Below, one piece after another: positions 1 through 12,894 of a stretch of 64,000 nt of DNA. How positions within the stretch are numbered: position 1 is the stretch's first letter; each line of letters opens with the position of its first letter. The stretch spans positions 372,001 through 436,000 of the forward strand of contig OX597835.1 of the NCBI GenBank assembly GCA_951406725.2, given 5' to 3'. Position numbers and translations under genes: made by a program. The notes beneath the pieces were generated by a model. It searched no databases and had not been told where the DNA came from. It worked only from the letters and a program-made list of their open reading frames with translations. The DNA is from Octopus vulgaris. Its lineage: Eukaryota.

Positions 1-1089
1 CTGGAACTGGTACCAGATATAAAATACCCAGTACACACGGTAAGGACGTTGGTGTTAGGAAGGGCATCCAGTCATAGAAACTATGCCAAAACAGATGACT
101 GGGGTCAGATGCAGCCCTCCAGCTTGCCTGCTCCTGTCAAACCATCCAACCCATGCCAGCATAGAAAATGGACATTAATTGATGATGATGATGATGATGA
201 AAGGTGAAGTAAAAGACAACCAGGTCTAATGGGAGGTAACCAAGATAAATCAACAATACCAAAAGGTATTTTCAGTTGACATACCGATACATACATCTAA
301 AAGTCTTACATATAGTTCCCATCTACCATATTTCACTTAAAAGACTAATCCAACTCTATGGTAAAAACAGCCACAGAATTTCAATCATATTTAGGGTCAC
401 ACGGTTGCAATGCAAATGTCATACCCCACTTTTAGAAGCACTGACCGAGAACTAAATAAAACCAAGGTACAGAATAATCATGATGGAAACTTCAAATCTT
501 TGTATATGTCTTTCTCACTTGAACAGAACTACCAATAATAATGGTAGTTTTGGAAACACCAACTCATTGCTCTCCTACAATTGCAACAAGCAATTCTAAA
601 AATGCCTTTTCATTTGAATGCTTACAAGTAATCCTAATGATAAACAATGGCCCAATGTCTTTGTTATGCTTTGTGTTATTAATTACAAGGTTTTGTTTTA
701 CTTGTGAATTACTGCTCTTTCTTTTGTTGTGCAGTGAATATAATAGCATTAAACATTCTGTATTGTTTTAATTGCAATAAGTAGAATTAGGAGATCACAA
801 GATCTCATAATTCTACTTTTTGCATACTTGCTTACTTATTACAAAAGTGGAAAAGTGTATCTAAAGTATGACACTTAACTATTCCCTGTGCCTCAATTTA
901 CATTGGAATCATCCACTAAAGATGGTAAATTCCTCATAAAATATTAGGTTCACCCAAAAATATAATCTGGATGGGAAACTAATTTTTCTGTCTTTTATCA
1001 TGAAATTACTCTGTTTTAAAGTAGCATTACATACACGTTGTGTCACAACAGGGCACAGGGTAGTTAGCAGGATAATACAAGTGACAAAA

Positions 1090-1630
1090 ATTAAGGATCA
1101 TCCTGCAAGCCCATGCAATATGCATCAGCATTTTCAGGACGCCATGGCAACAGTAACTCAATTTGGTGAATGTGATCTGTTCCTGACTTACACAAAATGT
1201 GCAGAAATTGTAAATAACAGCCGAAAGAAACTTGAAAATTGCCCTGATTTAGTTCCAAGAGTGGACAAAATTCATCTCTCAGAACTTCTGACTGATATCA
1301 GAAAAAGCAAGTTCTTGGCATCCCAGTAGCTCATGTACATCTTAGAGAATTTCAAAAACAAGGCTTGCCACACTGTCATATGCTTATAATTCTGAAGAAT
1401 GAGTTCATAATAAGAAACAGTGAAGATACTGACAGGTTAGAATCTGCAGAGAAACCAGATGAGGATGAAGACAGAACTTTGCATGAGACTGTGAAGAAGT
1501 TTATGATACAAGGTGCAGGTGGGACTGAGAACCTCTCCTCTCCCTGCATGGAAAATGGAATATGCTCAAAAAGTTACCCAAATCACTCCAGCAAGAAACA
1601 AAATCCAACATACATGGCCATCCTGAATAT
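1090..1630 (+). mobile_element. Helitron Rep (HUH endonuclease) fragment, frameshifted
   Basis: SPCNMHQHFQDAMA..DLFLT; EFQKQGLPHCH (HUH motif); SAE.PD...LHETVKKFM..G..N.SSPCM.NG.CSK.YP. Confidence 0.85.
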
Positions 1631-1982
1631 CACAATATATATTCATTTCAAAGTAAGAAACTGTGTGTCTCATTCGCAATGACTGTGGGGAATTATTGGC
1701 TCCTTCAATGTTATTAATCTTGTTGAGAAAAACTTGTGGTTAGATAATGGGATTATGTTGGATTACTTATTTAGATGTTTTGGCCCTTAGGATTTAAGGA
1801 TAAAGTATGATTCCCTTACACACAATTTATATTAACACTAAAGTGGTGAGCTTTGGACAAGACCGACCATTCAAGATGGCAACTCACATTCTCACTCTTC
1901 ACATTATATATATGGAAGGCCAATGTGGTGGAGTTAAGATATCTGGTGTTCGAGAATATGTATATGTGTAATATATGATATT

Positions 1983-2372
1983 CTATTCCTTTTTCTTTTG
2001 TTTCAGTCATTTGACTGTGGCCATGCTGGAGCACCGCCCTTAGTTGAACAAATCAACTCCAAGATTTGTTCTTTTTAAGCCTAGTACTTATTCTATCAAT
2101 CTCTTTTGCCAAACTGCTAAGTTACAAAGATGTAAACACACCAACATCGGTTCTCAAGCAATGATGAGGGAACAAACAGACACACACAAACATATACATG
2201 TATACACATATATATGACAGGCGTCTTTCAGTTTCCATCTAGCAAATCCACTCACAAGGCTTTGGAAAGTCTGAGGTAATAGTAGAAGACACTTGCCCAA
2301 GGTGCCACACAGTGGGACTGAACCTGGAACCATTTGGTTGTTAAGCAAGCTAATTACCAAACAGCCGGACCT
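1983..2372 (-). mobile_element. tRNA-derived SINE, family B (head with cttgggcaagtgtcttctact, tail with cagcatggcc...gactgaaacaag)
   Basis: Other copies or pieces at ~9385-9590, 10097-10200, 15705-15860, 17010-17158, 17825-18010, 19295-19457, 35172-35333, 49170-49565, 54665-54860. Confidence 0.75.
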
Positions 2373-2436
2373 ACAGCTATAATATATATTTCATATATAT
2401 ATATATATATATACACACACATATAATACATAAATG

Positions 2437-2632
2437 TGGAGGTGCAATGGCCCAATGGTTAGGGCAGCGAACTTGCGGTCGTGGGATCAAAGTTTCGATT
2501 CCCAAACCAGACATGCTTATTGAGCGAAAACACCTAAAGCTCAATGAGGCTCCAGCAGGAGGTGGTGGCGAACCCAGCTGTATTCTTTCACCACAACTTT
2601 CTTCCTGCTTCTGTTGTACCTGTATTTCAAAT
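2437..2632 (+). mobile_element. tRNA-derived SINE, family A (truncated)
   Basis: A box TGGCCCAATGGTTAGGGC, B box GTTTCGATTCC; fuller copy at 14250-14552. Confidence 0.75.
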
Positions 2633-3989
2633 GTATATAATATATAATACAAATAATTAGAAAATGGATGGGAATGATTTCATTTGTACAGCATCCAGGG
2701 CACTTTTTGAACACTGGTGCAGCTTAAACTGTTAGGAAAAAATCTCACATAGCTTTGGTCAGCTGGGATGATAGTAGAAGCCCATAATGCCATACGGGGG
2801 GACTGAACCCATGTTAGAAAGCAAGCTGCTAAACCACACAGCCATGCCAGCATCTGTTCTGCCTATACTGTCATTTAAATGATATTTATCTTTTGATGAT
2901 GAGGATGCATGACCGAGTGGTTAGGTTGTTGCACTCATGATCAAGAGATTGTGGTTTCAATCCCTAGATCAGGTAGTGCATTGTGTTCTTTAGCAAAACA
3001 CTTCACCTCACATTGTTCTGCAATCACTTTGACACCTGACACGCGGTACACTGTGCACCTGTTCAGCTTGCTCATAATGTGACCCAGCACCAAACATTAG
3101 GGCACTATCCTAATTTATTCCCCTAATATGGAATGTAGCTTAGCCATCATTTGAAACTGCTGGTGTCTTACTCTGTATTACATACACATCTTATCCCTGG
3201 CACCCCGTTTCACCGCCTGTATCAGGTAACCATGACGTTTTATTTAATGATGCACTTGAATCCCAATTACTAACGATATCTTAATTAGGAAGTAGAGATG
3301 AATGTCAGTGAGCACAGGAATGGTGAACAACTGAAACACGACGCAAACACTCGACCAGGAGGGAAAGAGTCCAAAAACCAAGTTTGTCCATTGGGCCCGT
3401 GCCGCCCCCCAACAGAGAATTACTCAGAGGCCTGGATGCATTATTCAACATTAGTCATTACATCTTTGTAGAGCAAGAAAAGCATTCCTGGACTATCTGA
3501 GAGTGTTTACCGAGGAAATCTGCCAAAGAATCCTGAAAACAAGGAAATACTAGAAAACTCTCCTTTCTTACTAAGAGATTATGTTGATGCCCGTATTGGG
3601 TTTTTTTGGGGTTTTTTTGTCTTTTTCGTTTTTCTGTCTTCTACGCAATCTCTCCATCCTGTCGATCTCTGTTATCTGTTCTACTTTTGTCATACAAAAA
3701 AAGCATTCAGTATCCCCTGCTTGAAAGTATCTCCGTCGCTGCTACCGTTGAAGAACACATTATTCCATCTTTGAAGCAAACAGCAATATCACTGTCGCTT
3801 TCGAGGGCAGCGAAACCACAATGCTACCGACGTAGTCTCTTACACGGCCGCTTCACATGCTAGAAACAGAAGCTAAATATCCCTTAACACTCCACCTCTT
3901 TTTAAAGAACGAACTGTACAATAAACAGATCTCCACCTCTAAAGAGACGGATACATTAGGGCAAGGAAATATTCAACTACAGACCTCAC

Positions 3990-3995
3990 CTGAGG
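3990..3995 (-). CDS. Candidate 6-nt microexon (CCTCAG = Pro-Gln) of the second gene
   Basis: tttgttatttag|CCTCAG|gtgagg with a CTAAC branch motif at 4036-4040 (-); frame-preserving. Confidence 0.45.
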
Positions 3996-4974
3996 CTAAA
4001 TAACAAACGATATTTCTTACATGGACACACGAGACGTTAGAAGAGAGACGAGGCCAACGGGGGGGGGGGGGGAGAGAAATTGGAGACGTTCGTGTTTTAG
4101 CGGCATGAGAGAAATAATGATGATTATTAACTGCGGAATTGGAACCAGATTGTCTTCCAAACACGGTTGCAAAGACTGTAGCAATATTTTTGAACGGGAA
4201 TTTACAAGAAACTAATTCCTGTATTATTTATACAGATAACGAAAAGATGACCAATGTTAACGAATTGACAACAAAATGTTGCGGCTGCGATCGTTCGAGA
4301 ATAATTAATAACTCGTTATTAGCATATTAAAAGCTTAATCTAAAAACCTTACGAACACGCATTACTATCATCATATCGTTATCGATATTGCATATTACTA
4401 CTACTTAGATTTGGGTTATGAATCCCTTTCGAAAAAAAAGAAATAAGCGAAGAAACAGTAATCGGGAAATGTTTTAGTCTGATAAACAAGTGGAAATGAA
4501 TAATTGTTGATAACAAAAGAAAAAAAGAAATTTTTTGACAACATTGAAATTATTTAATTTAATGAACGGCATAGGGTCGTAAGATAAGGATCACCACCAC
4601 TGGGCCCAGGAATGAAAACTTAGGGGGTCTGACACACACATCGTAACATTCAAATCTATTTTTTGCCCATTTAAATAGTAATATTGTGCTGTGATGTGTA
4701 TTTATCCATTCATTCTTCGTCTGAGAAGGATGGCCTAATGACAATTAAGGAGATTTTCATTATTATTATTATTATCAATACTATTTTAATTCATTTTTAG
4801 CCTCAGGATACAACATCAAATGCCACCACCGACTATTTCAACCAAAACAACTAATTTTTAAAGAAAATAAACATACAAATTATGGCCAGTGTTTAAAAAA
4901 AAGACAAATTGAAATTAAGGTTATTATTCTGGGGTGACGATGAGTTAAAAAACAAGGATATAATAATGATGATG

Positions 4975-5150
4975 ATGGTTTCGAATTTTGCCACAAGGGC
5001 AGCAATTTTGAGGGAGGTGATGAGTCGATTATAATCGACCCCAGTGTTTCACTGATACTTATTTTATCGACTCCGAAAGGATGAAAGGTAAAGTCGGCCT
5101 CGGCGGAATTTGAACTCAGGACGTAAAAACGGATGAAATGCCGCTAAGCA
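4975..5150 (-). mobile_element. SINE with Meta-domain-like core
   Basis: Core ctttcatcctttcgg(g/a)gtcgataaa..aagta.cag. Copies also at ~7885-8210, 16530-16745, 25925-26150, 31712-32040, 36076-36297, 39355-39575, 48480-48705, 52297-52525, 52735-52960. Confidence 0.75.
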
Positions 5151-5329
5151 TAATAATAATAATAATAATAATAAAATCTTGGCGGGAGTAACAAGTTGTC
5201 TGCTGTCCAGGAAATCAACAAGTCGCATGGCGATCGTAGCTGCAGTCCCTTCAACACTGACTTCTCTTGGGTCTTTTTTTTTTCGTAAGAAAGGGGTGAC
5301 AGTAAAATACATGCAAACAAGGTGGTTTT

Positions 5330-5402
5330 TATGTGGTCATTTGATCTGCTAGAAAGAACAGCCAAATCTCCCTAAAATCACACCCTACCGTCATGGGAGG
5401 GG

Positions 5403-5441
<39 letters not shown>

Positions 5442-5800
5442 ATGTAGTCCCCAGTTTTCACACCTCACGAGGTTAACAGTAAAATATGCTTGTCCAACAC
5501 GAGCAATCAGAGCCTGTATGTGCTTGGATAATCTGCTAGAAACACTAACCAATTCTTCAAATCATACCCTACAGTCTTGGAACCAAAAAGGAAGGACACA
5601 TCTCATAATGTAGTCCGTTGCTTGGCACCACCCCTTCACCCCTACCCCTAAAAAACAAAACGATCGCAGTGAGGATGCTTGATCGAGGCTCCTTCGTTGT
5701 TGTTTCTGTAGTCATTCGACCTGCTAAAAACAGCAGTCAAACACCCCACAAAACAAAATAAAAAAGGCAACACATTAGATATTGTAGTCTCTTATATGTC
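5330..5800 (+). repeat. Three degenerate copies of a dispersed repeat (ctgctagaaa.agcagccaaatctccc..aaatcacaccctac.gtc)
   Basis: Copies at ~5335, 5530, 5715; others at ~3855, 7640-7815 (-), 15320-15480 (-), 30120. Confidence 0.6.
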
Positions 5801-6944
5801 GTAACGCATATCATCTTTTCGACCACCACTCATCTGGCTCTCAACAACAACTACCAGTGGCAGATAATTACATTATTTAGTTTCGTTCCTCCTTCTTCCT
5901 GGTTTGTTTGTTGTGGGCAGAAGATTCTTCCTGTTGTTGTTTAGCCTCCTCGTCCAGCAGTTTCCATCACATCTTTGGTGAGGCTTTTCAAGAGCCTCCA
6001 CAACATCAAGGAAACGAACAAAATGGGTTTTACCTTTACCTTTTTTAAAGTATTGCCGTGTTTTCATGCTACAGGAATTACAAGTCTAAAAGAATCCCCA
6101 TTTTTTTGTTTGTTTCGTTTTTACATTTTCGAACCCCACCCACTATCCGATTCCGTGCCCTTTTTCTTCCTTTACAAGGTAGCGGTGGCTATTCCGAAAC
6201 ACCGCCCTGTCTTTTTGTACATCTAGGACTACATTCCCCAATGTATCCATTTCTTTATAAGAAAACAGGGTGTGGTCTGAGGGAGATTCATCTGTTATTT
6301 CTTGCACATCAAATGGCCACATAGAGCTTCCCTTATGTTGTAGCAGTTCCAAGACTCCAGCCCGTCCTTTTGTATATCAAGGGTAACATTCCTTCATGTA
6401 TCCTTCTTTTTTTTTTTTTGAGAAGCTGAAAGATTTGACTGCTATTTATAGCGGATCAAATAATGATATAGAAAATCATTCATGCCGTAGATATTCCGAA
6501 ACTCCTCCACATCTTTTAGTCTAACCAGGACTAAACTGCTCGATGTATCCATTTTCTGTTTTTATTATTTTAATAAGGGAATCTGGGGGCGATTGCAACC
6601 AAATACCTTTTTCCTTGTTGGTGTTGTTCGGTTCTTCCTCAACGGCTAATAAAAAATAATACGTATCTAAAGGAAGTAACTGCACAGCCAAAACTGTAAA
6701 CATAGCTGCAACTATTTAAAAAGCAATTAGAAGGTGAGTGATGAAGTAATTAGAGAGAAAAAGAAGGAAGTTCCCGGTGAACCTGTTTGTGGAAGATTTG
6801 CTTTCGAAAGCCCGTTTGATAGGAGTTCGCTTTGGTGTTTATGAATAAAATAAATAAAACCTGAACATCACAACTTGCAGTTTAAGATCAAAATAGAAAC
6901 AATAATAATAATGATGATAATAAGCGAGGGGTTGTGGCACGTAC

Positions 6945-6968
6945 CTGACTTCGTCGATCGGTCGACAT
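6945..6968 (-). CDS. First coding exon of an unidentified second gene (MSTDRRSQ, phase 0)
   Basis: ACG-ATG (A at -3) followed by donor CAG|gtacgt, just downstream of a CpG-rich promoter-like region. Too short to identify. Confidence 0.55.
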
Positions 6969-7139
6969 CGTGTCCGTCCTAAAACAAAGTCAGCAGATTG
7001 GGAGGAGGGAAAAAAAGAGAGACACAAGACGTCGTCCTGTCGTCTCTTTTTACGTTTTTTCTTTTTCTTTTTAATCTTCGGCAAGAGACTGGTCAACCTC
7101 AACGTTCTGAAGATGGTCTGCTGCCTTCTGGGGTCCCCC

Positions 7140-7340
7140 AAAAGAGGTGTGGGTGCGTCTGGCAGCGGCTGCTGGCGCTACAGCTGTTTACGTGCTCGGC
7201 CCGAACCGGAGGACATGTTCCATTGGAAGTGATGACGTCACACGACAGCTGCTTCGTGCGCGGAGGGGGGGGGGCCAGGAAGGAAAAACACAGAGAAATT
7301 CCGAAAGTAGCGTCCCCTAGCGGTGGCGTTACGAATAATG
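7140..7340 (-). promoter_or_regulatory. CpG-rich promoter: CRE TGACGTCA (7233-7240), ETS core GGAAGT (7225-7230), CCAAT (7222-7226 -), G-tract
   Basis: Sharp local GC/CpG enrichment in an AT-rich background with clustered housekeeping motifs, ~200-350 nt upstream of the ATG at 6968. Confidence 0.6.
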
Positions 7341-9347
7341 AACCACTTCACGAGTTATCTGCTCTTGATGTAGTTGTTGCATTTCGACTTTTTTCTTTTC
7401 CACAAAAGTAAATTGAATTAAGTCGGAGGAGGTCAATAATAATAATAATAATAATAATGAGGAGGAGGAGGATCGGATTTATCTGTTCCGAAATACAATA
7501 GAAACTATTATTTAACGTAGTTAATCTTAATGGTTAACAAAGGCAATATTTAAGTGTACAAAAGGTTTAAAGGGTTTGGGGGTCGGTGTTTACTTCGTAT
7601 GGTTTTTTTTTGTGTTAGCAATGAAGCAAAATTCCTACTTCGTTGTTGCTTCAGGACACAGCTCGGCCCTAATTGAGTGAACCCAGGAGTCAAACATGCT
7701 GTAGCAGTGACAAACCCGTCTTAAATATCATGGAATACATTGTCCAACGTGTCCTTCCTTTTAAGACTGTACGGTATGGTTAGAGGGAGATTTAATTGCT
7801 ATTTCTAGCAACATGTTTGACTTTCTTGTTGATTCGTGGATGTAATAAACTTCACTTATTTACTGTTTTATTATTTTTCATTTTGAGGCGGCGAGCGGAC
7901 AGAAACGGGGCTAAATGCTTAGCGGTATTTCGTGACTTTACGTTCTGAGTTCAAATTCTTTCGGGGTCGATAAATTAAGTAGCAGTTGTGTACTGGGGTT
8001 CATCTAATCGACTGGCCCCCCTCCCCCAAAATTTCGGGCCTTGTGCCTAGAGTAGAAAAGAATATTATTATTGTTATGTGTGTGTTTCCGCCAAGGTTGA
8101 CTTCGCCTTCCAACCTTAAGGAGTTGATAAAATAAATACCAGTCAAGTACCGGAGTTGAGTTCGCCTGACCCTCAAAAACTGCCAACCTTGTGCCAAAAT
8201 TTGAATCCGTAATGGTTGTTGTTTGGTCGCATGTCAGCCCGGATATAACAGACCTACTAATCGAAGACGTTCCGGCCGAAACCATTCTTTCCTTCCGTTT
8301 TTCCTTCATGAATGTGACATTTTTAAAAGGTGGTCGGTTGCGATTCCACGGAGGGAAGCACGGCGTGGCTCCCATTTTTGGCTCGATTTTTTTTTCTGTT
8401 TTTCTCACGTCTAATCTGTAAGTTGGAGATACAGAATATTAAAAATGTGTTCTGGTGGTTATTTTTAGTCTAATGCTGCGACTATAAATTTAACTCCCCG
8501 AATTCTTCCCACCAGAGAACTCACATCAAAATACTCTAAAAACTATTTGACACCTGTTGATATAAATACAGGCCTCTGTCTCCTTGAATCCGTGTTTACA
8601 CACTCAGTCAAAATCTATTCGTTGCTACGATACAGAGCAGAATCAACAGAGACAAATTAAATGCCTTACCATTTTACTCTTCTAATTCCATTCGCATTTT
8701 GGATGCCTTATCGGAATATATTTGGCCGTTTGTGTGCACCTTGTGAGCACCACTCAGTCACATTCTCTTATAAAATCCTTTGCAGGAGCGTGGATTAGCG
8801 TTTGGCTGTGTTGCTATTTGGTACGCTGTTCGGCATGCCATTAGACTATGAATGTTTTGGACGTTGATGTTCACTGCGCTCCTTTATACACGAGTTCTTG
8901 TCAAAATTTCCTATGTTCTTCCAAGTATTCAACCAGTGCACTCTACAAGATTTTATCCATAGTGATAAACTCTACAGCGGTGCCTCATTTTGAAGAATGT
9001 GGTTCCTTTGGCCGCCATTCTCACACTATCGTGTCCCTTTTATTGTTGTAATCATCGTAAAACTTATTCTTTGTGCTGACAAGCTATATAATGGTTTTAT
9101 TTTTCTTTTGGCGGTTCCACAAAAAGCTCGTCGTAATTTCGCAATGGGTCAGATGAAATTTGTTGAAGCAAATTTTCTATGGCCAGATAGCTTACCTGTC
9201 GCCAATCCTCACTTGTTTCTAAAGCAGGTATTTCCTCCTACGTTGTTCCACAGAATACTGGAAGCAAGCAACACCATTTTTATGATAGTAAAACCTTTTA
9301 CGCCTAACGCACGATATGAAAACAAGGAGATAAACGCGCGCGAAGAC

Positions 9348-9383
<36 letters not shown>

Positions 9384-9584
9384 TCTTTTATTCTTTTACT
9401 TATTTCAGTTATTTGACTGCAGCCATGCTGGAGCACCGCCTTAGTCGAACAAATCGACTCCAGGACTTATTTTTTGTAAGTCTAGTACTTATTGTATAGG
9501 TCTCTTTTGCTGAACCGCTAAGTTATGGGTACTTAAACACACCCACATCAGTTGTCAAATGATGGGGGTGGGGGACAAACACAG

Positions 9585-9629
<45 letters not shown>

Positions 9630-9699
9630 TTTTATTTATTATTATTATTTAATTGAACACCACACATCCATTTCCAAGTAAGTATATATATATATATAT

Positions 9700-10080
9700 A
9701 TAAATTTAGAAAATGAAGATATAGCATTAATATAATTTATTATCTGCAAAAATCCAACATATTCTCTTACAGGTGTTTCAATTTAGCTTAAAAGATTAAA
9801 TTGATTATGTTAGGCAAAATCTCATCAGAGGGATAGAAAAGATATACCATTAGGTTATTAGGTGTTGTGTTTTCAACTCATCTCCTCAGTCTGTTGGAAT
9901 TTTGTAGATAATAAATTATATTAATACTATATCTCCATTTTCTGAATTTTCTTTTGAATATTTATAAACCAAGATTATTATTTTATGAATATTATTATTC
10001 ACAAAAAATATCAGGCAATGAACCAATAATTCATTGGATATTACTATCCCTTAATGAGGCTATTTTAAACTCTAGTTGAA
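9700..10080 (-). mobile_element. Penelope-derived non-autonomous fold-back element
   Basis: Inverted arms 9702-9758 and 9892-9950 enclose a hammerhead motif; (TA)n flanks. Confidence 0.6.
9763..9833 (-). ncRNA. Minimal type I hammerhead ribozyme motif (degenerate)
   Basis: uccCU-CUGAUGA-gauuuugc...gcuaaauu-GAAAC-accu-GUA^agaga; stems I and II pair with single mismatches. Confidence 0.6.
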
Positions 10081-10342
10081 TATATATATATTTATATGAT
10101 GGGTATCTTTCAGTTTCTGTCTACCAAATCCACTCACAAGGCTTTGGTCGACCTGAGGCTATAGTAGAAGACACTACCCCAAGGCACCACACAAACGGAC
10201 TGAGGTTCCCTACAGCTGTTTCAGATATGTTTTTTACTGAAAAACATATCAATTTCATCATGTAAAAAAAAACCCGTTTTCATCAAGTGAATTAAAATTA
10301 AGATAAAATTTAACATTTAAGATTTTTCACACAAAGAGTACA

Positions 10343-10381
<39 letters not shown>

Positions 10382-10384
10382 CAT

Positions 10385-11100
10385 ACACAGGGTGCAGTGA
10401 ATAAACTGTCTTCTAAATTACACAAAAATGTCTTGAATTTACTAAAGAGTAAATTTATTCAATAAAATCGCCTAAGTGTAAAATTATTCAATAAACTCTT
10501 CTGGATGGTCTCCTTGTTTAAGTTGGTGAATGCTGCCATAATCCTTGCCTTCAGTTCATCTTTGATGTTACAACTGTGCCCCACACATAATAATCAAGGG
10601 GGTTGCAGTCTGGGGAGTTCAGGGTCCAGATGTTAGGGGTGATGTGGTTACAGAAATTGTCTGACAGCCATGACTGGGTTCTTCTGCTTGTGTAGCACAG
10701 TGCAGGGTCCTGTTGCCAGACACAGGGTGTTCCGGCAGCCACTCTCTTGACCCAGAGCAGCACTACTGCTTCCAGGCACTTGATGTAGGCCTCCGAGTTG
10801 AGTCTGAGGCCATGAGGGAAGATGAATGGAGGCATAATGTCATCATTACTATTGATCACTCTATATACCATGATGTTGACTGGATGTTTGATTTTTATCA
10901 CTCTCGGTACATGTCCTCAGATTGACACCCAAACACTGAACTGTTCATACTGGAGCTACCAGCATGAATGCCAAGCAGTACGGTTTGTCATTTTCAAATT
11001 TCTGGCAGAGTGAATTGCATCATGGTACTGTTTTTTCTCCCAGATGGTGCCAAACTGACCCTACAATACTGTGTAGTTGACAAAATCAAAACCAAACAAT
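10385..11100 (-). mobile_element. Tc1/mariner (maT/DD37D-like) transposase remnant
   Basis: ORF 10551..10901: WQQD.A...TSRRTQSWL..NF...ITP.IW..NSPDCNPLDYYVWG; TIR-like cagggtg start near 10388. Confidence 0.85.
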
Positions 11101-11759
11101 GTGCATTGCCAACTAGTGTTAGTGTGTTTACATCCCAGTAATTTAGTGGTTTGGCAAAGGAGGCCAACAGAATAAGTACCTGGCTTGAAGAAGAAAAAGT
11201 ATGACCAAAAAATTCCTTTAAGGTGGTGTCCCAAAAAATTCCTTTAAGGTGGTGTCTAATGACTGAAACAGGTAAAAAATAAAAGATACAATAAAATAGA
11301 CTCATATATGTATATGGGTGTGTGTGTGTGTGTGTAGGCCCAGGTGTAGCTGGTTTCAGGTTCAGTCCTGCTGCATGACTTCTGCTGAAACCTCTGGTCA
11401 GCTGAAGCTTTGTGAGAGGATTTCTTGAGAAGTCCATTGTTTGTTTGCTTGTGTGTGTGTTTCTTTGAGTTTTACTTCAGTATTTTTTAAGGGAGTTCAA
11501 GCTGGTTGCTAACAAAGCAAGCAGACTTTTGTAGTCAAGAGAGTTCCCAGTCTTTGTAAATATGAGGTCGAATTGGTGTGTTGGTTTTGTTAGGTGTGTG
11601 CATTTATTTAACTAAAGAATTTCAAATGGAGAATCTTTGGAATGTCTTACAGATCTACACTGTTCCGCTAATAAATGGAATTTGGAGAAACTGCATCAGT
11701 TTCTTTTGCTCTTTCTTCAAAAACTTAGTATTTCTAGATTTTTGTATAAATTTGTAGGT

Positions 11760-12835
11760 ACATAACAAGGATTTGAATCGAAAGGCCTTAGAGTCAACCT
11801 AGCTAAAACCAAAGTCCTAATAGGTAGGAAGGCAGGCAAACCACAAATCCCTTCAGGTAGATGGCCCTGTTTGACCTGTAGAAAAGGTGTAGGTAGAAAC
11901 TCTTTAAGATGTACCCAGTGTAAGCTATGGACACATAACAGGTGCAGTAATATCAAAGGAAGGCTAACTAGGAAGATAGGTTTTGTATGTGGAAGATGCT
12001 CAGGAGCGATAAACACTGAAAATGTGCAGAGAACAACTTCCGCCACATTCCAGGGAGAAAAACTAGAAGTAGTTAATAGCTTCTGTTACCTAGGTGACCA
12101 AGTCAGAAGCAGGGGAGGGTGCATTGAAAGTGTAGCTGCTAGAATAAGAATAGCCTGGGCAAAGTTCAGAGAGCTCTTACCTCTGCTGGTGACAAAGGGC
12201 CTCTCACTCAGAGTAAAAGGTAGACTGTATGACGCATGTGTACAAACAGCCATGCTACATGGCAGTGAAACATGGGCCATGACTGCTGAGGACATGCGTA
12301 AGCTCACAAGGAATGAAGCCAGTATGATCCAATGGATGTGTAATGTCAGTGTGCATACTCGACAGAGTGTAAGTACCTTGAGAGAAAAGTTAGACCTAAG
12401 AAGCATCAGATGTGGTGTGCAAGAGAGACGTCTGCGCTGGTATGGTCATGTGGCGAGAATGGATGAGGATAGCTGTGTGAAAAAGTGCCACACCCTAGCG
12501 GTTGAGGGAACCTGTGGAAGAGGTAGACCTGGGATGAAGTGGTGAAGCACGACCTTCAAACATTAGGCCTCACCGAGGCAATAACTAGTGACCAAGACTT
12601 TTGGAAATATGCTGCGCTTGAGAAGACCCGGCAAGCCAAGTGAAACCATAACCTCATGGCCTATGCCAGCGGTGTTACCTGCCCACTTATGTTTACCTTT
12701 CCTTCTTTGGACACTAAACTCTGCTTTCGAAGACCTGTTGAGGCAAGTGAAATCGAAATCAATTTCTATGACTGGCATCCGTGGTAGTGGATCACAAAGA
12801 GCACCATCCGAGTATGATGGTTGCCAGAGCAGCTA
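11760..12835 (+). mobile_element. RTE-clade LINE, 3' portion (RT thumb with Cys-rich insert, C-terminus, 3'UTR)
   Basis: ORF 11871..12545: [48 protein letters not shown]. Confidence 0.9.
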
Positions 12836-12894
12836 ACTGGCTTCTGTGCCAGTGGCACATAAAAAACACCATTCGATTATGTTTAATAAAAAAA

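Noticed and set aside
6725-6740. Plus-strand donor AAG|gtgagt suggesting an antisense transcript
   Set aside because: Isolated motif with no supporting exon or partner acceptor identified.
6839-7411. 100-aa and 137-aa ORFs over the CpG island
   Set aside because: Low complexity with no recognisable domain; better explained as promoter, 5'UTR and a short first exon.
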